Part shown: in pieces, positions 1 to 14,246 of the stretch
Position numbering within the stretch: the stretch's first letter is position 1
Layout of the letters: every line of letters starts with the position of its first letter
Source: Saprolegnia diclina VS20
Taxonomy: Eukaryota
NCBI RefSeq assembly: GCF_000281045.1
Contig: NW_008246086.1
Span: 427,793-491,792 of the forward strand
Direction of reading: 5' to 3'
DNA: 64,000 nucleotides
The notes under the pieces: model-generated
The model's database searches: none
Told to the model about the DNA's origin: nothing
Seen by the model: only the letters and a program-made list of their open reading frames with translations
Position numbers and translations under genes: made by a program

Positions 1-253
1 CCAGTGGCAGTAGTCCCAGGCCAGGTGCAATAATTCCTTTCTTTGTCGACTCTACCAAGGTCACTCGAGGTAGTGAGTCGGGGTCGACGGCTCGCTGCGT
101 CGAAAGCGGAGCCGTCTCTGGTGCATGCAACGACTCTCTGCGTAGAAGACACCTGTACGCTCTATCTCTTGTCGCGCCGTGATCCACCCCGGTGCAACGA
201 TGGAGACTCATCGATACATTGATACAAAGGGTTGGTTGTGTTATTAGCACTTG

Positions 254-1769
254 CTACAACGACGACGCGCCGGTGAGAAGCCCAAACTCGGCGGCAAACG
301 GCACATGGTCGTCGAGCGTGTTGCCTTTGGCTGGCAACGAGGCAGTGCCAGAGGTCGGCGACTTCATGCGGATGCCGAGGTCGTCCATGATCTCCATGGC
401 CGCCAGCCACACCTCCGACTTGATGAGCGCGTGCTTCTTCGCATCGAGTTCGTCCGTGAACGTGTAGAGGCGGACGCGGTAGAGCTGTTCCATCGTCACA
501 AAGAAGAGCTGTTTGGTCTTCTCGTCGCCATTGTAGTCTTCATGCGACGTCAGACCCATATGACGGGACTGCAGCATGAGCTCGAGGTCCGTCATGAGGC
601 GCTGGAGAAGAGCCACGCTCGTGTGCGGATCAACGTCAATGTCCATCTGCAGCTGGCGCTTTGGGGCTTGCGAATAGTTGACCTAGTAACATCCATACGA
701 CAATATTGTACATCGTACAAGATTTGTACCATAGGTTTGTACAAAAAGTAGCTGTTGGGAATAAAGATCTTGGTGCTGTCGAGGCCAATGACGACCGTGT
801 ATCGCAGCGCAACGCGGCTCACGTGGCCTTTCACCGCGCCGATCTGGATGAATTGGTCGACTTTGAAGGGTGCGTTGAGCACGAGGTAGAGGCCGCCAAC
901 CGCATTGTGCGTCTACACTGCGCGCTCAGAATCCAGATCTGAAAATCGGACATTTGAAATGGGAGAGCCTACCGCGCCCACAAAGCCAAGCGCGATGGCA
1001 CCACCAATCATGCCCAGAAACGAGTACTTGAGCAGCGTCTGGTCTTGCCACATCTGGAGGTAAATGTACATGGCTGCAATGACCATCACGAGCAGGCGAA
1101 GGAGCTACACCAAACGTCTTCCGGCATCAAGACACGCGACGCTACGTCGTACCTTGATCGACTCGGAGATGACGACGTTCTTGGAGCTCTCACCTTTGCC
1201 GCCAAACTTGCGGACTGCAAACTAAAGGTCGATAACGAAGCTGCAAGAGACCTCTGGCATCGCTACCTTGTCGACAACCACAAAGACGTAGTAGAGCCAG
1301 AGGAGGAAGAAGAGGCCCCAAACGTAAATGTGGATCCGGCACAGAAACTGAGAGAGCTTGCTGACTGTGAGCGCGCCCCAAATGAGCGTGCTGCACAGTA
1401 AGTACGTCGTCGACCAAATGCAATGGGCCTCGTAGTCCTCAATGACCCTAGCACCGTCGTCGGCGCATGAGCTCACCTCGACGACATCGGTAGGTGGGCC
1501 TACTCGCGCAGAAATGGAAACTTCTTGAGGATGAAGATGACGAGCCGCAGCAGCACGCGCGGCAAGAAGGACGCAAGGAAGACGAGCGCGCCGGCGAGGA
1601 TGGCCAGCTCAATGTGGTTGTCCTTGAGGTCGATCCACCAGCCGCGGAGACACGTGAGCGACTTGCACGTCGACGACGCATTGCAGTCGGCTGGTGGGCT
1701 CGACGTCAGCGTCACTGCCGCCTGCGCGCCGACGGCGAGAAGCACGAGCAGCCGCATGGTCATGGTCAT
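254..1769 (-). CDS. MscS-family mechanosensitive ion channel, multi-exon
   Basis: Minus-strand exons give a signal-like N-terminus (MRLLVLLAVGAQA), several TM segments (e.g. YSFLGMIGGAIALGFVG) and the MscS core LYLVLNAPFKVDQFIQIGAVKGHVSRVALRYTVVIGLDSTKIFIPNS..V, then NYSQAPKR. Stop TAG at 254-256. Internal exon boundaries are approximate; ATG could be 1769, 1763 or 1757. Confidence 0.8.
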
Positions 1770-2107
1770 TCGTGTCTTGGCCCGTTGCCCGAGTTTGCCG
1801 AATAGATTCTCTTATTCAAGTACGCTGGCCTTTTTGTGCGAGTCGTGCCAGGGCCCAAGTTGCGTCGACAGGAACAGCGAGCGGGCAGTAGTCGATTCTA
1901 CAGTCTAACTACCTCGGCGGCTTGAGACAGAGAGCGCTGCCTTCTACCAAGCACGCTGCGTGGTGCTGGCTCCCGTTGAGGAAGCAGGTTGATGTACTCG
2001 GATAAGGTAATGCGATGCCCCAATCGCCCAATCCCAACGCGCGCTGGCATGTCCGGATACGAGGGCCGAGGCGGTGTATCCGGCGGCCAAGCTGACTTGT
2101 GATCGCC

Positions 2108-5100
2108 ATGGAAGCGTACCCGTCGGAGCTGCGCGAGGTCCCTTGCCCGCTCGTGGCTGCGCTCGGGCCCAAGGACATCCAGACGCGCATCCTCCCGGTG
2201 CTGCGCTCGGTCAATGACGAGTTCATTCCGCGCATTCACTTGACAAGCGCCAGCTACGAGCACCGCTTTGTGTTCCCGGCCAAGAAGGAAAAGACCGAGA
2301 TGGCCAAGGCGCCGGCCAAGACTGGTATCCTCAAGACGCGCTGGCTCAAGAAGCACCACGAGCTGCTGCCGTCGCTTGTCCTCCTCTTCTACGCGTTCGA
2401 GCCGCGCCTCGCGCAGCGCGACTGGGCGATCCAAGAAACCGTCATCCGCGACGAAGTCGAGGATCTTCGGCGCAACCTCGCGGGCCGCGACTGCAAGATC
2501 TTGCTAGTGCTCGTGCAGCTGCTCGACGATGGCCCGCCGTCGAACGGCGGCAACGCGGACGAGCGGCTCGCGAGCCTCCGGAAGCGCGCCGAGCTCGACT
2601 CGAAGAGCGTGTATCTGCTGAAAGAGGCAAGTCGCACGTCGCCCATGATCATCAAGCTCGAGCGCGCGATCCGCGAGCATGCGATCGAGTACTACAAGAC
2701 GCAGGCCAAGCGCGTCAAGAAGGCCAAGAAGCCGTCGCGCGCGATCGCGGTCCGCCATGGCTTCAAGGTCGGACACTACTACGAGTTCCGCCGCCATACC
2801 GCCAAGATGCTACAGCACTACGAAGGCGCGTACAAGGCACTGCTCGCGATGCCCATGACGAGCAACGACGCCGAGCCCGACGCGCACACGCAGATCAAGG
2901 CGGTCGCTGAGTTTCTCCACTTCAAGCTCGTGTACCACCACATCTTTTCGTCGCACAACCTCAAGCTCGCGATCGACCAGCTCCAGCGACACATGAAGGC
3001 CTTTAGCCGCGCAGTGGGCCCGCTCGACCGCGCGTACGAGCACTGGGCGTGGGTCTCGCGGCAGTACCACGTGTTTGGCCAGCTCCTCTTGGAGGCGCAG
3101 TCGCTCAAGCTTTCGTCGGCCGGCGTCGAGTCGGACCTGTACAAGGAACCGTACCTCTACTTTAGCGCGGCCGCCAAGTACGCGACGTGGCGCCGCAAGG
3201 CTGCGGCCAAGCTCGGCGTGAGCTTTGACCCGTCGGCGACTACCGACGGCGTCGTTGTGACCCCCTCCGCCTTTGTGGGCGGCGACCCGAGTTTGGCCAG
3301 CAGCGGTCCGACTTTGCCCGAGTGGCGCGCGCGGCTGGAAACGTGTGTACCGCAAGCTCACCTCGGGATCCGCCTCTTGGAGCTAGCGACGCAGTACCTC
3401 GTGCACTACCAGAGCAACCACATGCCTCGGCACCGGCTCAAGAACCGATTCTTGCTGCGGTTGGGCATCGAGCGGCTCGCGGCCAACGACTATCCGCAAG
3501 CACGCATCGATTTGAGCCGGGCTAAAGTCGCGTACAGCCAAGAGCGCTGGTGGGCGCAGGTCTCGCAGGTACTCAAGCAACTCCTCCTCTGCGCGTTCTA
3601 CCAGCGCGACACGCTCGCGTATCTCGACTGCACGCTGCAGCTGCTCTCGCCCAAAGTCGAAGAGTTTGTGCCGCACGCCGAGCGGCTCACGCTCCAAGAC
3701 GGGTTTGTCCACGCGTGGATGACGCCCAACGACGACGAGGTGCTACCCGAACCGTCCTACGAACTCGCGCTCGACCGGGCACGACCCGTCATCTACTGCG
3801 GCGTCGAATTTGCCAGCGCCGAGGCGTATGTCTGTGACAGTATGACGCTGACATTGACGCTCGAGTCGTCGTTGCCGGCACCGCTGACGATGACCAAGAT
3901 CGCGGTCGTCTTTAGCGACGATCGGTACGACCAGATGCTGGTCCACGGCGACCAATGCGACTTGACGCTGCCGTCCAAAGCGCCGACGACCTTGTCGCTC
4001 ACCATGACGCTCCTCCCGGACGGCGCGTCCATGCTGCAGTGCCACGAAGTACGTTTCGTGCTCGAGAACCCACGCGGCCAGAGCTTGATCTTGGTCGCGC
4101 GGACGTCGCGGCCGAACGTGCACATCCTCAAGCGCCGCAACAGCCTCGTCGCGTGGGACGGCGTCGTGCCCGGCATGGGCATGGGCGCCGGGTCGCCGAG
4201 CTTCCAGCGCTCGAAAGCCACCGAGTTGCTGTACGACGAGCCGGACGACGTTGGCGACGTCGGTAGTTTTGTGACGATTCTGCAGCCGCGCGCCCACGCG
4301 CGTCTCGATCTCGCACCCAACTCGCCGACGCACGTGCTCGTCGACGACCTTACGACGGTTGCGCTCATCTTGTCGTCGCTCGACGATGTCGTGGACACCG
4401 CGACGTACAAGATTGTGTGTGAACCATCGGTCGCCACGCTTCTCGATGCGCATTTGCTCTACGACGCGACGACCAAGGAGCCGCTGGCACTCGACGACGT
4501 TGGCCAGCCGACAAGTGTCTTGTCCCTTGCGTCGATGGCGCCGCAGACGACGCAGACGCTGCAAGTCGGGCTCAAGTGCGCCGTGCCGTGCTCGCTCCAA
4601 GTGCACATCACGGTCCAGTACACGACGGCGGTCGGCGTGACTGTGACGCTTGACGCGAGCTTTGCGTTCAACTGCAAGGCGCCACTGCAACTGACCGCGC
4701 TCGTGCACGCACCGTTTCCAACAACCGCGCGGCTGGCGCCGTCCGTCGCGACCGTCGGGCGGCCCGTGCACTTGTACGCGACCCTCTCGAGCGTGGCGCA
4801 GATGCCGCTCGAGATTCTCTCGGTCGACGCGTCGATGGCCGACGTCGTTGTTGTCGAAAGCCTTGTCGGTGGCGTCACGACCGGCTTTGAGCTTGGCGAC
4901 GGAGACCAGCACAGCCTTGTTTTGCGGCTCGTGCCCCGCGCGATGCTGGCGCAAACGAGCGTCGGGTGCGTCCGCGTCCGATGGCGTCGGGCAACCGGTG
5001 ACGTGGTCGTGTCGACGCTGCCGTTACCGCCAATGACGTTTGTCGTCGCGCCAGTGAGCGTCGACGTCGATGTCCCGTCGTTTGGCCGCGAAGGGCACCT

Positions 5101-5482
5101 GGCCCCGCTGCGTCTGCATACGACCAACCACACCACCGGCGTGCTCAAGGTCCAAGTGAAGCTCTCGAACGACTCGGACTTCCTCGTCTCGGGTACGAAT
5201 ATATGCGTTGGATACGAGATGCATGCAGTGGCTAGGTGTGACGGAGTGCTCGGAGGACGTCTTGCCGGGCGAAGTGCTCACATCCACTTTTGGCTTGATC
5301 CCGATGCAGTCGGGTACGAGGACTAGGGCCTTTTGCGGAGACTAATGCTCTCTGTAGGACATCTCAAGCTACCCAAGATGGAAGTGCTGCACGTCGATGC
5401 CAACGAGTGGATCGTGTCGGTGGACGAGCGCACCGAGCTCTACGTCGTACCCGCCAACTACACTGCCGAGATTACTGCCTAG
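2108..5482 (+). CDS. TRAPPC11: Trafficking protein particle complex subunit 11 (Foie gras/Gryzun family)
   Basis: ATG at 2108 (MEAYPSELREVPCPLVAALG). Family-like motifs GILKTRWLKKHHELLPSLV, HGFKVGHYYEFRR, WAWVSRQYHVFGQLL, YSQERWW. Two short 3' introns (~5192-5235, ~5314-5358); the last exon GHLKLPKMEV...EITA ends at TAG 5480-5482. Confidence 0.85.
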
Positions 5483-5702
5483 TGGAATGGATTCTGCAAG
5501 TATCTCGCCGTAATTATAAACGCGATATTGTCTGTGTACTTGTGGACACTCTTGTCGCAGATCCCAAAGCACCAAGCTCTAAAAGAGGGCTGAGAGCGTG
5601 CCACGTCATGTGGCTAAACCCACGCAACGCTCCGGCCGTGAAATGAGCACTTAGATAATGCTTGCTTTCTATCATATCTGGGATTGCCGTTGGGCGAGCA
5701 AG

Positions 5703-8700
5703 ATGTTGATGCGGCCGACGTACGACGTGGCATGCTCCGCGAGGCTCATGGCCGATGCCACCACTATGTAGGAGCACGCCCTCGGTGGATGGACCAGTTG
5801 TGCTTTGGCGCGGCTGGCTGCGCAAGCTCGGGCGCTTCAGGTATGCAGCTCCGCGTGGCAACGTGGTCGTGACGCAGCATGTAGCAAACGCTGGCAGCGT
5901 CGGTACTTTGTGTTTGTAAAGGGCACGGACGCCAAGGAGCTGCGCTACTACGGTCGTATCTCTGCCGTCATGCCATCGACGTGCTCATTGCATGATGCCT
6001 CGTAGACTCGTCCACGGCGACCCACCCGGAAGGTGTCATGTCCCTCGCCGACGCGACAGGCGTCTGCTACTTGGACGCTGTGCAGGTCTCTTGCCGTCAC
6101 TCACTGCAACTCGTTTCCAACTGCGTTCGACAGGCACGGTCATCGTCGCCTGGCGAGGCCTCGTCGTCCGACCACAAGTTTGCCATCTTGACGGCCGAGG
6201 TAGGACGACGTGACGAATATGTATGCACGCCTACCCTAGAACGTATGGCTCTTGGGCTTCAACGACCACGACGTTGAGTCGGCGCAAGAGGACGGTTTGG
6301 CGCTTCTCGGGGCGCTCTCAGCCTTCTATCCGCTTGTCGACGTGTTGCATGCCGGGTATCTCTCCAAGCGGCGCGAGCGCACGGTGCAGAGGTGCTTTCT
6401 ACTATCCAATCGATCCATGGATAGTGGTGGATACTATATGTTGTAATTTGTTAGTCCCAAGAGTATCATTGCCTACTGGAAGCGACACTTTTTTGTCTAC
6501 TTGGCGTCCGGGGACCTGCTCTACTTCAACGACGACAGTCTCTCGACGCTTCAAGGTACGTCGATGCCATATGCGATAATGTACAACTTCGTCATAATGT
6601 CGTAGGACGCGTCGATGTCAAGCATGCGCCGACTGTGCGCGTCACGGGCGAGCAGCAGTCGCTTCTTCGCGCCAAGAAGGAAGCCGGCTTTTTCAAACTC
6701 ACCAAGGCGCGCGCGTTGGAACACGGTAGCTGCCTCATTTGGATCGCGACGCCGCCGTCCAAAATGTACACTATTGTCTATAACTGCGTTGACGCTTGAG
6801 CGACGGGGTAGGTTTGTGCTGCAAGTTTACGACGAGAAGGATCGAGTCGCGGGTGTGTCGGCGAGTGCCAAGTACGCGCGCTGTTGTATCAACGTATCAA
6901 TGCATCGGTCTAGGAAATGGCTGTCGCTGCTCTTGCAAGGCCACGCCGAAACCAAGTACGTGCAGCTCGAGCAGTGCTTTACGTCCAACAACTACGACCA
7001 AACGACCGAGGTGGTCTCGGCGCTGCGCGTCGGCATCCCAGACGAGCTCCGGGGTGCGCTCTGGAAGGGCTTCTCGGGCGCGTACGACGCCCACGCATCC
7101 GCCACCGCGCGGTCGCCGATCAACGCCTACACGAACAGAGCCACGAACGCGGTGATCGAAGCCATGGTGCTCGACCGGCTCCAGGCGCTGTCAGTTCATG
7201 GCGCCAAGCACCCGACCCGTCGAGGCAGCGACACGGACGACGACGTGCCGACAAGCGACCGCGGTGGCAAAAAGCCGTCGGCGTATCCCAGCGACGCGGT
7301 CGTGCCCGAGTGGGAACTCGCAAGTCGCCGCCGCCTCCTCGTCGCACTGGCTCGCTACAAGTTGTTCTGTTGTTTAGCGATACCATGTACAACTCACGAC
7401 GGCTACGTAGACCGTACTGCCACCCGTGTCCATGGCGGGTCACGTGCCTCCTCTTGGCGTATCTCGACGAAGAGAGTGCGTTCTGGGTCGTCAATAGGTT
7501 GGGCGATCGACGTACGATCCCAAAGTATCAAAGTATCAACATCCGCCACTGTATAGCGTGATCGACCACATCTTGCCGGGGTACTTTCACGGGTATCGGC
7601 CAGCGCTCCTTGTCGACGGAGCGGTGTTTCGAGCGCTATTGCACGACCAAGCGCCGTCGCTCTGCTATCATTTGGAGACGCTTTGCTTTCCGCTCGATGC
7701 ACTCGTCCAGCGCTGGTTCGTCTCGGTGTTTACCGCCACACAGCTCCCTCTCTCGACGGTACGACGCAGCATGATCGACAACTTGATTGAGGAGCGCAGG
7801 TGCTTCGTATTTGGGACCTCGTCTTTGCCCAAGGCCTGCGCATTCTGTTTGGCATTGGTGTCGCGCTGCTTCTCAAGACCGAGCACCACCTCTTTGGCGC
7901 AGCGAACGTGTCGGAGGTGTGGGCGGCGCTGCATGCGTCCGAGCGGAGCACGGTCGACGCCGATGGGCTCTTTGCTCACGTCTTCAAGGACGATCTGCAC
8001 ATGCCATGTATACCGTGGATGATATTGTCTATCGTGCCATTGCATATGGGGTTAGGGCTCACGGACGAGTTGCTGGCGCGGCTACGACAGCACGAGCGCT
8101 CAACGCTCTTGGCGTCGATTGCGAGTCGGGTACGAAGATTCTGAGGAGCAACATATGCTGAAGAGCTCGCGCGTAGATTGCCAGCTGCCATGCCAAGCTG
8201 AGCGTGTTGAACCGCGCCCAAGAAACGTACCAGTCGCTGCTCCAAGCCGTCGACATCTACGACGAGCTGGGCAACCGTACGGATCTTGTGTCGTGATGGG
8301 GAATGACGGGAGTGGGTAGAGGAGGTCATGGGCACTCTTCGTCGCCAGCTCGGTGACGCGGACGCGAGTGCCATGGAGTTGGCGGTCGAGTTCAAAGAGT
8401 ACCAAGCGCGGTGGGTCGCCTTGTCCAGCCAGGTGGCTGCGTGTCCGCTGGGGCTCCACGGCCACGCATCGGACGTCCAGAGCTGGCTCGCGCAAGTCAA
8501 AGAAGGCAAGATCTCGGGGGCCGGGACCGACGCCGCCGCCAACCAAGCATTCGCGTGTCTCTTTCCGTCGGCCGCGCCGCTGCCCGACCCGTTTGAGCTC
8601 TCGATCGACACGATGGCAGGTGCGGCGCCAGTGGTGGCCGACACGAAACACCTCTCTCTGTCTCTAGAGCGCTTCTTGCTCGGGCTTGTCATGGTCGCCA

Positions 8701-9020
8701 AGAGCGCGTGCGCGGCGCGACTGCATTTTTTGGCCGCGCGCCAAGTCGCATGGTGGCATCGCGGGCAGTGGCTTGCGACCGTTTGCGTCGAGAAGAAGGC
8801 GTTGGTCTCGGACGCCAGCGGTGGCCTCGAGCCAAAAGACTATGGCGTCGCTGAAGGTCAATTCCTCGAGCGCGCCGAGCGTCTCCAAATGTGCCTGCAG
8901 CATTTTGCGACTGCCGACGGCGGACCGCTCCAAGCAACGGCCGAGGTCATGGCAGGGGACCTCAAGGAGAGCTTTTTGCGGGTCGAGTGTGCGATTCGAG
9001 GCCCGGCCTGGCTTCCGTAG
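5703..9020 (+). CDS. Tandem PH-domain plus Rab-GAP TBC-domain protein, many introns
   Basis: PH1 (WRGWLRKLG..KRWQRRYFVF..ELRYY), PH2 (HAGYLSKRRE..YWKRHFFVYL..DLLYF) and a TBC domain (GIPDELRGALWKGFSGA; LLLAYLDEESAFW; ILPGYF; QRWFVSVF; LRIWDLVFAQG). The start and some splice sites are inferred. Confidence 0.75.
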
Positions 9021-9607
9021 TCTTTTCTTCCTTCTTCATTCAGTCAATGTACACAGATGCTGATGTCTTTGCTCTACTACGTCAAGCGGTCGGACAAGGG
9101 ATACGGTGATCGTTGCATAGCGCGACTTTTCACCTTTGGCGTTGCGTTGCGTGCTTAGGCAACGTCAGCAACTAGGGTTGGGGTCTCACGAAGCGTTTTG
9201 TAGCCGGTGCGGAGCAGGGACTTGACGCTCAGCTGCCCTTTGAACCGACGGCCGGACGAGGCCGACGATAAAACGTCGTATGTCGTGGGTCGGCGACGTG
9301 CTTGCGCGATAGCTCGGCATGTCGCATGCGCTGAATGTGACGCGATTCGAGCGCTCGGTTGCACGGACTGGCTACCAAGAGTGCCCTGTCAGCGCTTGAA
9401 TGCGTCATGTTCACTTGGGTTCGGTCGCTACCGAGGCGGCAGGCGATAGAAACAGTCGCCGCACGGGGCATCGTGCTACACTCCCACAGCTATACAAGAT
9501 ACGACCGGGAGCTACGTCGGGATACCTCAAAAAGCGAAGCTACTCGAGTCCCTTCAAAGCCGATGTGCGTTCGTAGACGGTGCTACGATGGACTACGACC
9601 GCTCAGC

Positions 9608-9661
9608 TAGCCTACAGTACGAGGAGGACTATGCGTAGCCTACAGTACGAGGAGGACTATG
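9608..9661. repeat. Perfect 26-nt direct repeat, two copies, 28-nt period
   Basis: TAGCCTACAGTACGAGGAGGACTATG at 9608-9633 and 9636-9661, intergenic. Confidence 0.95.
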
Positions 9662-9888
9662 GACCCCCCACGTGGACGTGCAAGGCCACGAAATCGTCAG
9701 GTCATGACACGACAGGTTGTCCGCAGAGCAATCAAACGCAGCCGTTTTTTTCGCGTCCGATTGTCCCGTATCCGGCTGATGATGGCCATCGCATCCGGAT
9801 ACGGATATTTCTCCGCCAATCAGATCGGCGCCGCCAGCCACATCGACCATCTCGACACTTCCCAAGACGCCGCTGCGAGAGGATCGAG

Positions 9889-11071
9889 ATGCTCTCGCTG
9901 GAGAAGAACCGCCACGACATGATCGCGGGCGCAATCGCGGGCTCCGTCACGGCCAGCATGTGCTGCCCGCTGGACGTCGCCAAGACGCGCATCCAGGCCC
10001 AAGGTACATGGCGTCCCGTCTCCAATGGCTCATGTCGCGGCAGGCGGCGTCTTGGCGTTTAGCAAGTACAATGGCATCTTCCGCAGCGTGCACACGATCT
10101 ACGTCGAAGAGGGTGTCCGTGGCATGTACCGCGGCTACTCGGCGGCGATGCTGAGCTTCCCCGTGTACTTTTCGCTCTACTTTCCGACGTACGAGTGGGT
10201 CAAAGCGCAGTTCAACACGACCGCATTGAGCAACGTACGCAGCTTCACGACAGGCGCCTCCTCTCTCACGCGATTCTTTGAATAGAGCCCGCTCATCGTG
10301 CAAGCCGCGTCGGCGACGATCGCAGGCACGGCCATTGACACGGTCACGTACCCGCTCTGGTTCCTCCGCACGCGCATGCAGACGCAGCACATGCACCAGC
10401 TTGCGGCCTCGCACGGGCGTGACTCGTACTCGAGTAGCATGTGTCCTGGTCTCTCGAGGTACTCATAATGAGATGCAAACGTAGCGCTGCGGTCCACGAT
10501 CGTGTCGATCTACCGCACCGAAGGGCTCGGCGCATTCTACAAGGGTCTCTCCGCGTCGGCAGTTGGTATGTGAATATACGATTTTAGCGACTCGAGTGGC
10601 CACGTCATGACCACCTAGGTATCCTCAGCTACGGCATCCAGTTTCCAGTCTACGAATCCATGAAGGCGCGTATCGCTGCAGCCGAAGGTGTCGAGAACGA
10701 CAAGGTACTACCCTCTACTGCCTTCTCGCCGTGACGCCTGCGACGTGTAGCCATCGGCCTCCGGTGTCGTCCTCTCGGCGATCGTGTCCAAGACGATCGC
10801 GTCGTGCTTTGCGTACCCTGGCGACGTCGTTCGCGTGCGCATGCAGGACACTGTCGGGCGCCACAGCGAGTACAAGCACTTTCTCGATGCCATGGCCAAG
10901 ATCGCGCGCAAGGAAGGTGTGCGTGCGCTCTACGCTGGCTTCCACGTCAACACGCTGCGGATTCTGCCGCAGTGCGCCATCACGTTCTTCTGCTACGAGT
11001 ACATCAAGAGCGGGCTGGCGGCGGCCGACGCGCTCCCGCACTGCCTCCCGCACGAAAACGCACTGGCCTAA
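9889..11071 (+). CDS. Mitochondrial carrier (SLC25), NAD+/folate-FAD transporter-like, multi-exon
   Basis: Three carrier repeats with PxDxxKxR-type signatures: CPLDVAKTRIQAQ, YPLWFLRTRMQTQ (the PxW variant typical of the NAD/folate subfamily) and YPGDVVRVRMQ; EEGVRGMYRG and KEGVRALYAG. Confidence 0.85.
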
Positions 11072-11419
11072 GCTCACACTTCGTTGCGATGGCGCCACGT
11101 CATCGGGCCATATAAATAGAGCGGGTAATAAAATAAACAGGCGCCCATTTAAATGAATTAAAGAACCGGGCGGGGGGTCGGACTTTTTTTTAAAGCACGT
11201 GCTTTGCCGTCGAGCGCATACAAACAGCAAGTGTATGTGGGGTTGAAGAACCGTCTTTTTTTAATACGGCCAGGGCCGGGTGGTCGGTATTTAATAGCCA
11301 AAGTTTAAATCTCTATACAAAATGCAAGATCGGGGTGCGCAATAGTATAAACGCAGCGGTCGGTCACTGGCTCTGTCATGTGCCACCACTCACATTTTTC
11401 GTTTGCCGCTACACGAAGC

Positions 11420-12507
<1,088 letters not shown>

Positions 12508-12647
12508 CGACGAGACCACCAGTCGATGCTAGCTTCGCTTCTATGCCACTTATATATGCTGACTTGGATGACGCAGCGTGTGTCACGCTTCCATTGCAGA
12601 AAGGACAGGACGACCAGCGTCCATGTGCACTAGATTTATTTCATGGT

Positions 12648-13353
12648 TCATTGCTGGAGCAGCTCGGTCTTCCAGGCCTGGAGCAGCTGGCGCAGGCGCG
12701 GCTCCCACCGCTTGATGGCGTCGACGCCCTTCTTGCCAAGGTCCAAGCCGCCACTCGACGAGACGTGGATCTCGTAGTCTTCGCCGTTCGTGTCTTCAAA
12801 ATCGTGGAGCTTGACGTGCCCGCTGGCTGTGGCGCCATCGGCGTCGGTGCACGTCCAAGCAAACTTGACGTCGAGCTCGTACCCACAGCGCTTCTTGCCG
12901 CGGCTATAGACAATCTAGAAGAGCGATACAGGAGCATGTCACGTGGTATGATGCATCTACCTTGGTCTCGCCCGTGCACGTGACAATGTCTTTGGCAACG
13001 ACGCGGAGAGCATGGCTCGCGTCGTCAAATGCAAACCCGTCGAGGATGTGGCGCTTCAAGGCCTCGCGCGCCCACTCGGACTTGTCGACTTCTTCCCTAC
13101 GCAATGCGCCATTGAGCCAACGACTTATGGATGCAATAAGGCGGCGAACCACGTGCCACCGGCGTTCCATGCCGACCCGACGGCGTTGTCGACGACCGGC
13201 GTCGAGATGACCTTGGGCGTAAAATCCTAGCGCGGCCATGAGCCATGATGGTGCCAAGCGTGATGGCACTACCTCGCCCGTGCGAGCCACCGACTTGAAC
13301 CAGCCATGGTACCCGTCATGGAGCTTCCCCGGGCTCGCTTCGTCGTCGCTCAT
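12648..13353 (-). CDS. Activator of Hsp90 ATPase N-terminal-domain protein (Aha1-N/Hch1-like), multi-exon
   Basis: Spliced translation gives GSAWNAGGT..EEVDKSEWA and IVYSRGKKRCGYELDVKFAW...GHVKLHDFED. Stop TGA at 12648-12650. Confidence 0.7.
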
Positions 13354-14246
13354 CTTGCCAAATGAGCGGCCGCGTCAAAGCGGAAATTTCTCGAATCGAG
13401 CGTTTTATCCGGAAGCATATCCGGAAGATACGTAATTTCGGAGCTTTTGTCGTTTTGGGTTCGTACATTTCACGTTTGGGATGACGTGGCACGCCACGAC
13501 GCATGGGGCATTCCCGTTGTGCGATGGTTCCTGTCGCCTGCAACGACGTGTGGAGCTGCCACGTATCCGAGCTCCCTCCAATTCATCCCTGGCTCCCATG
13601 TCCGAGGTCGGCGCAAGTGCATCTCGTAGTGAGAAGGCCGTCGTAGCATCGTCCGAACAACCCTAAAGGACCGAGACGAACGTTGTTCCTGCGCCGCCCA
13701 GTTGCTGTCGAGACAGTGTCGATGGTGCTGGATGCGGTACCACCTACATCACTCCTGCTTCACACAACTTTTGTCCCGCGAGAGCCAAGCCTCTTGGCCT
13801 TGGCCGTGTACTATGCAGCAGCCGAGCCTGTTCTCGCCCACAACTCATCTTCCTCGAGACCGAACCTTCGTACCGACACGGCGTCCACTGCCGCCTTTCG
13901 TATCGCCGTTGCAGCTCTGCGTCGAGCTTCCTTCAACCTCCAACGACTCGTCATCTAGAAAAAGACAAACCCTGTAGCGCACTACGACCAAACGACACAG
14001 ACTCGAGCCATTCTCACCTACCCCTACTGCGATGCAGACCGAGTGCTCGTGTGGCGTTGCCGAGCGCAAGGCAGCGCATAAGGTCTGTGGCTCGACAGCC
14101 ACGATCAGCGACCCGTCGGGCGATGCGATCTCGGTTGGGCGACTCGCATCTGGCCTGCTCATACCAGCTCGGTCGCCAACGACATCGGCATTTGGACCGG
14201 CGAGCATACTCGACACCACATGTAGCATTAAATAATAACAGCTTTC

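Noticed and set aside
9608..9661. CRISPR-like direct repeat
   Set aside because: Only two copies with a 2-nt spacer, eukaryotic context, no cas genes.
13520..14235. Short plus-strand ORFs between Aha1 and the GPCR-kinase
   Set aside because: No recognisable motif and no consistent splice model.
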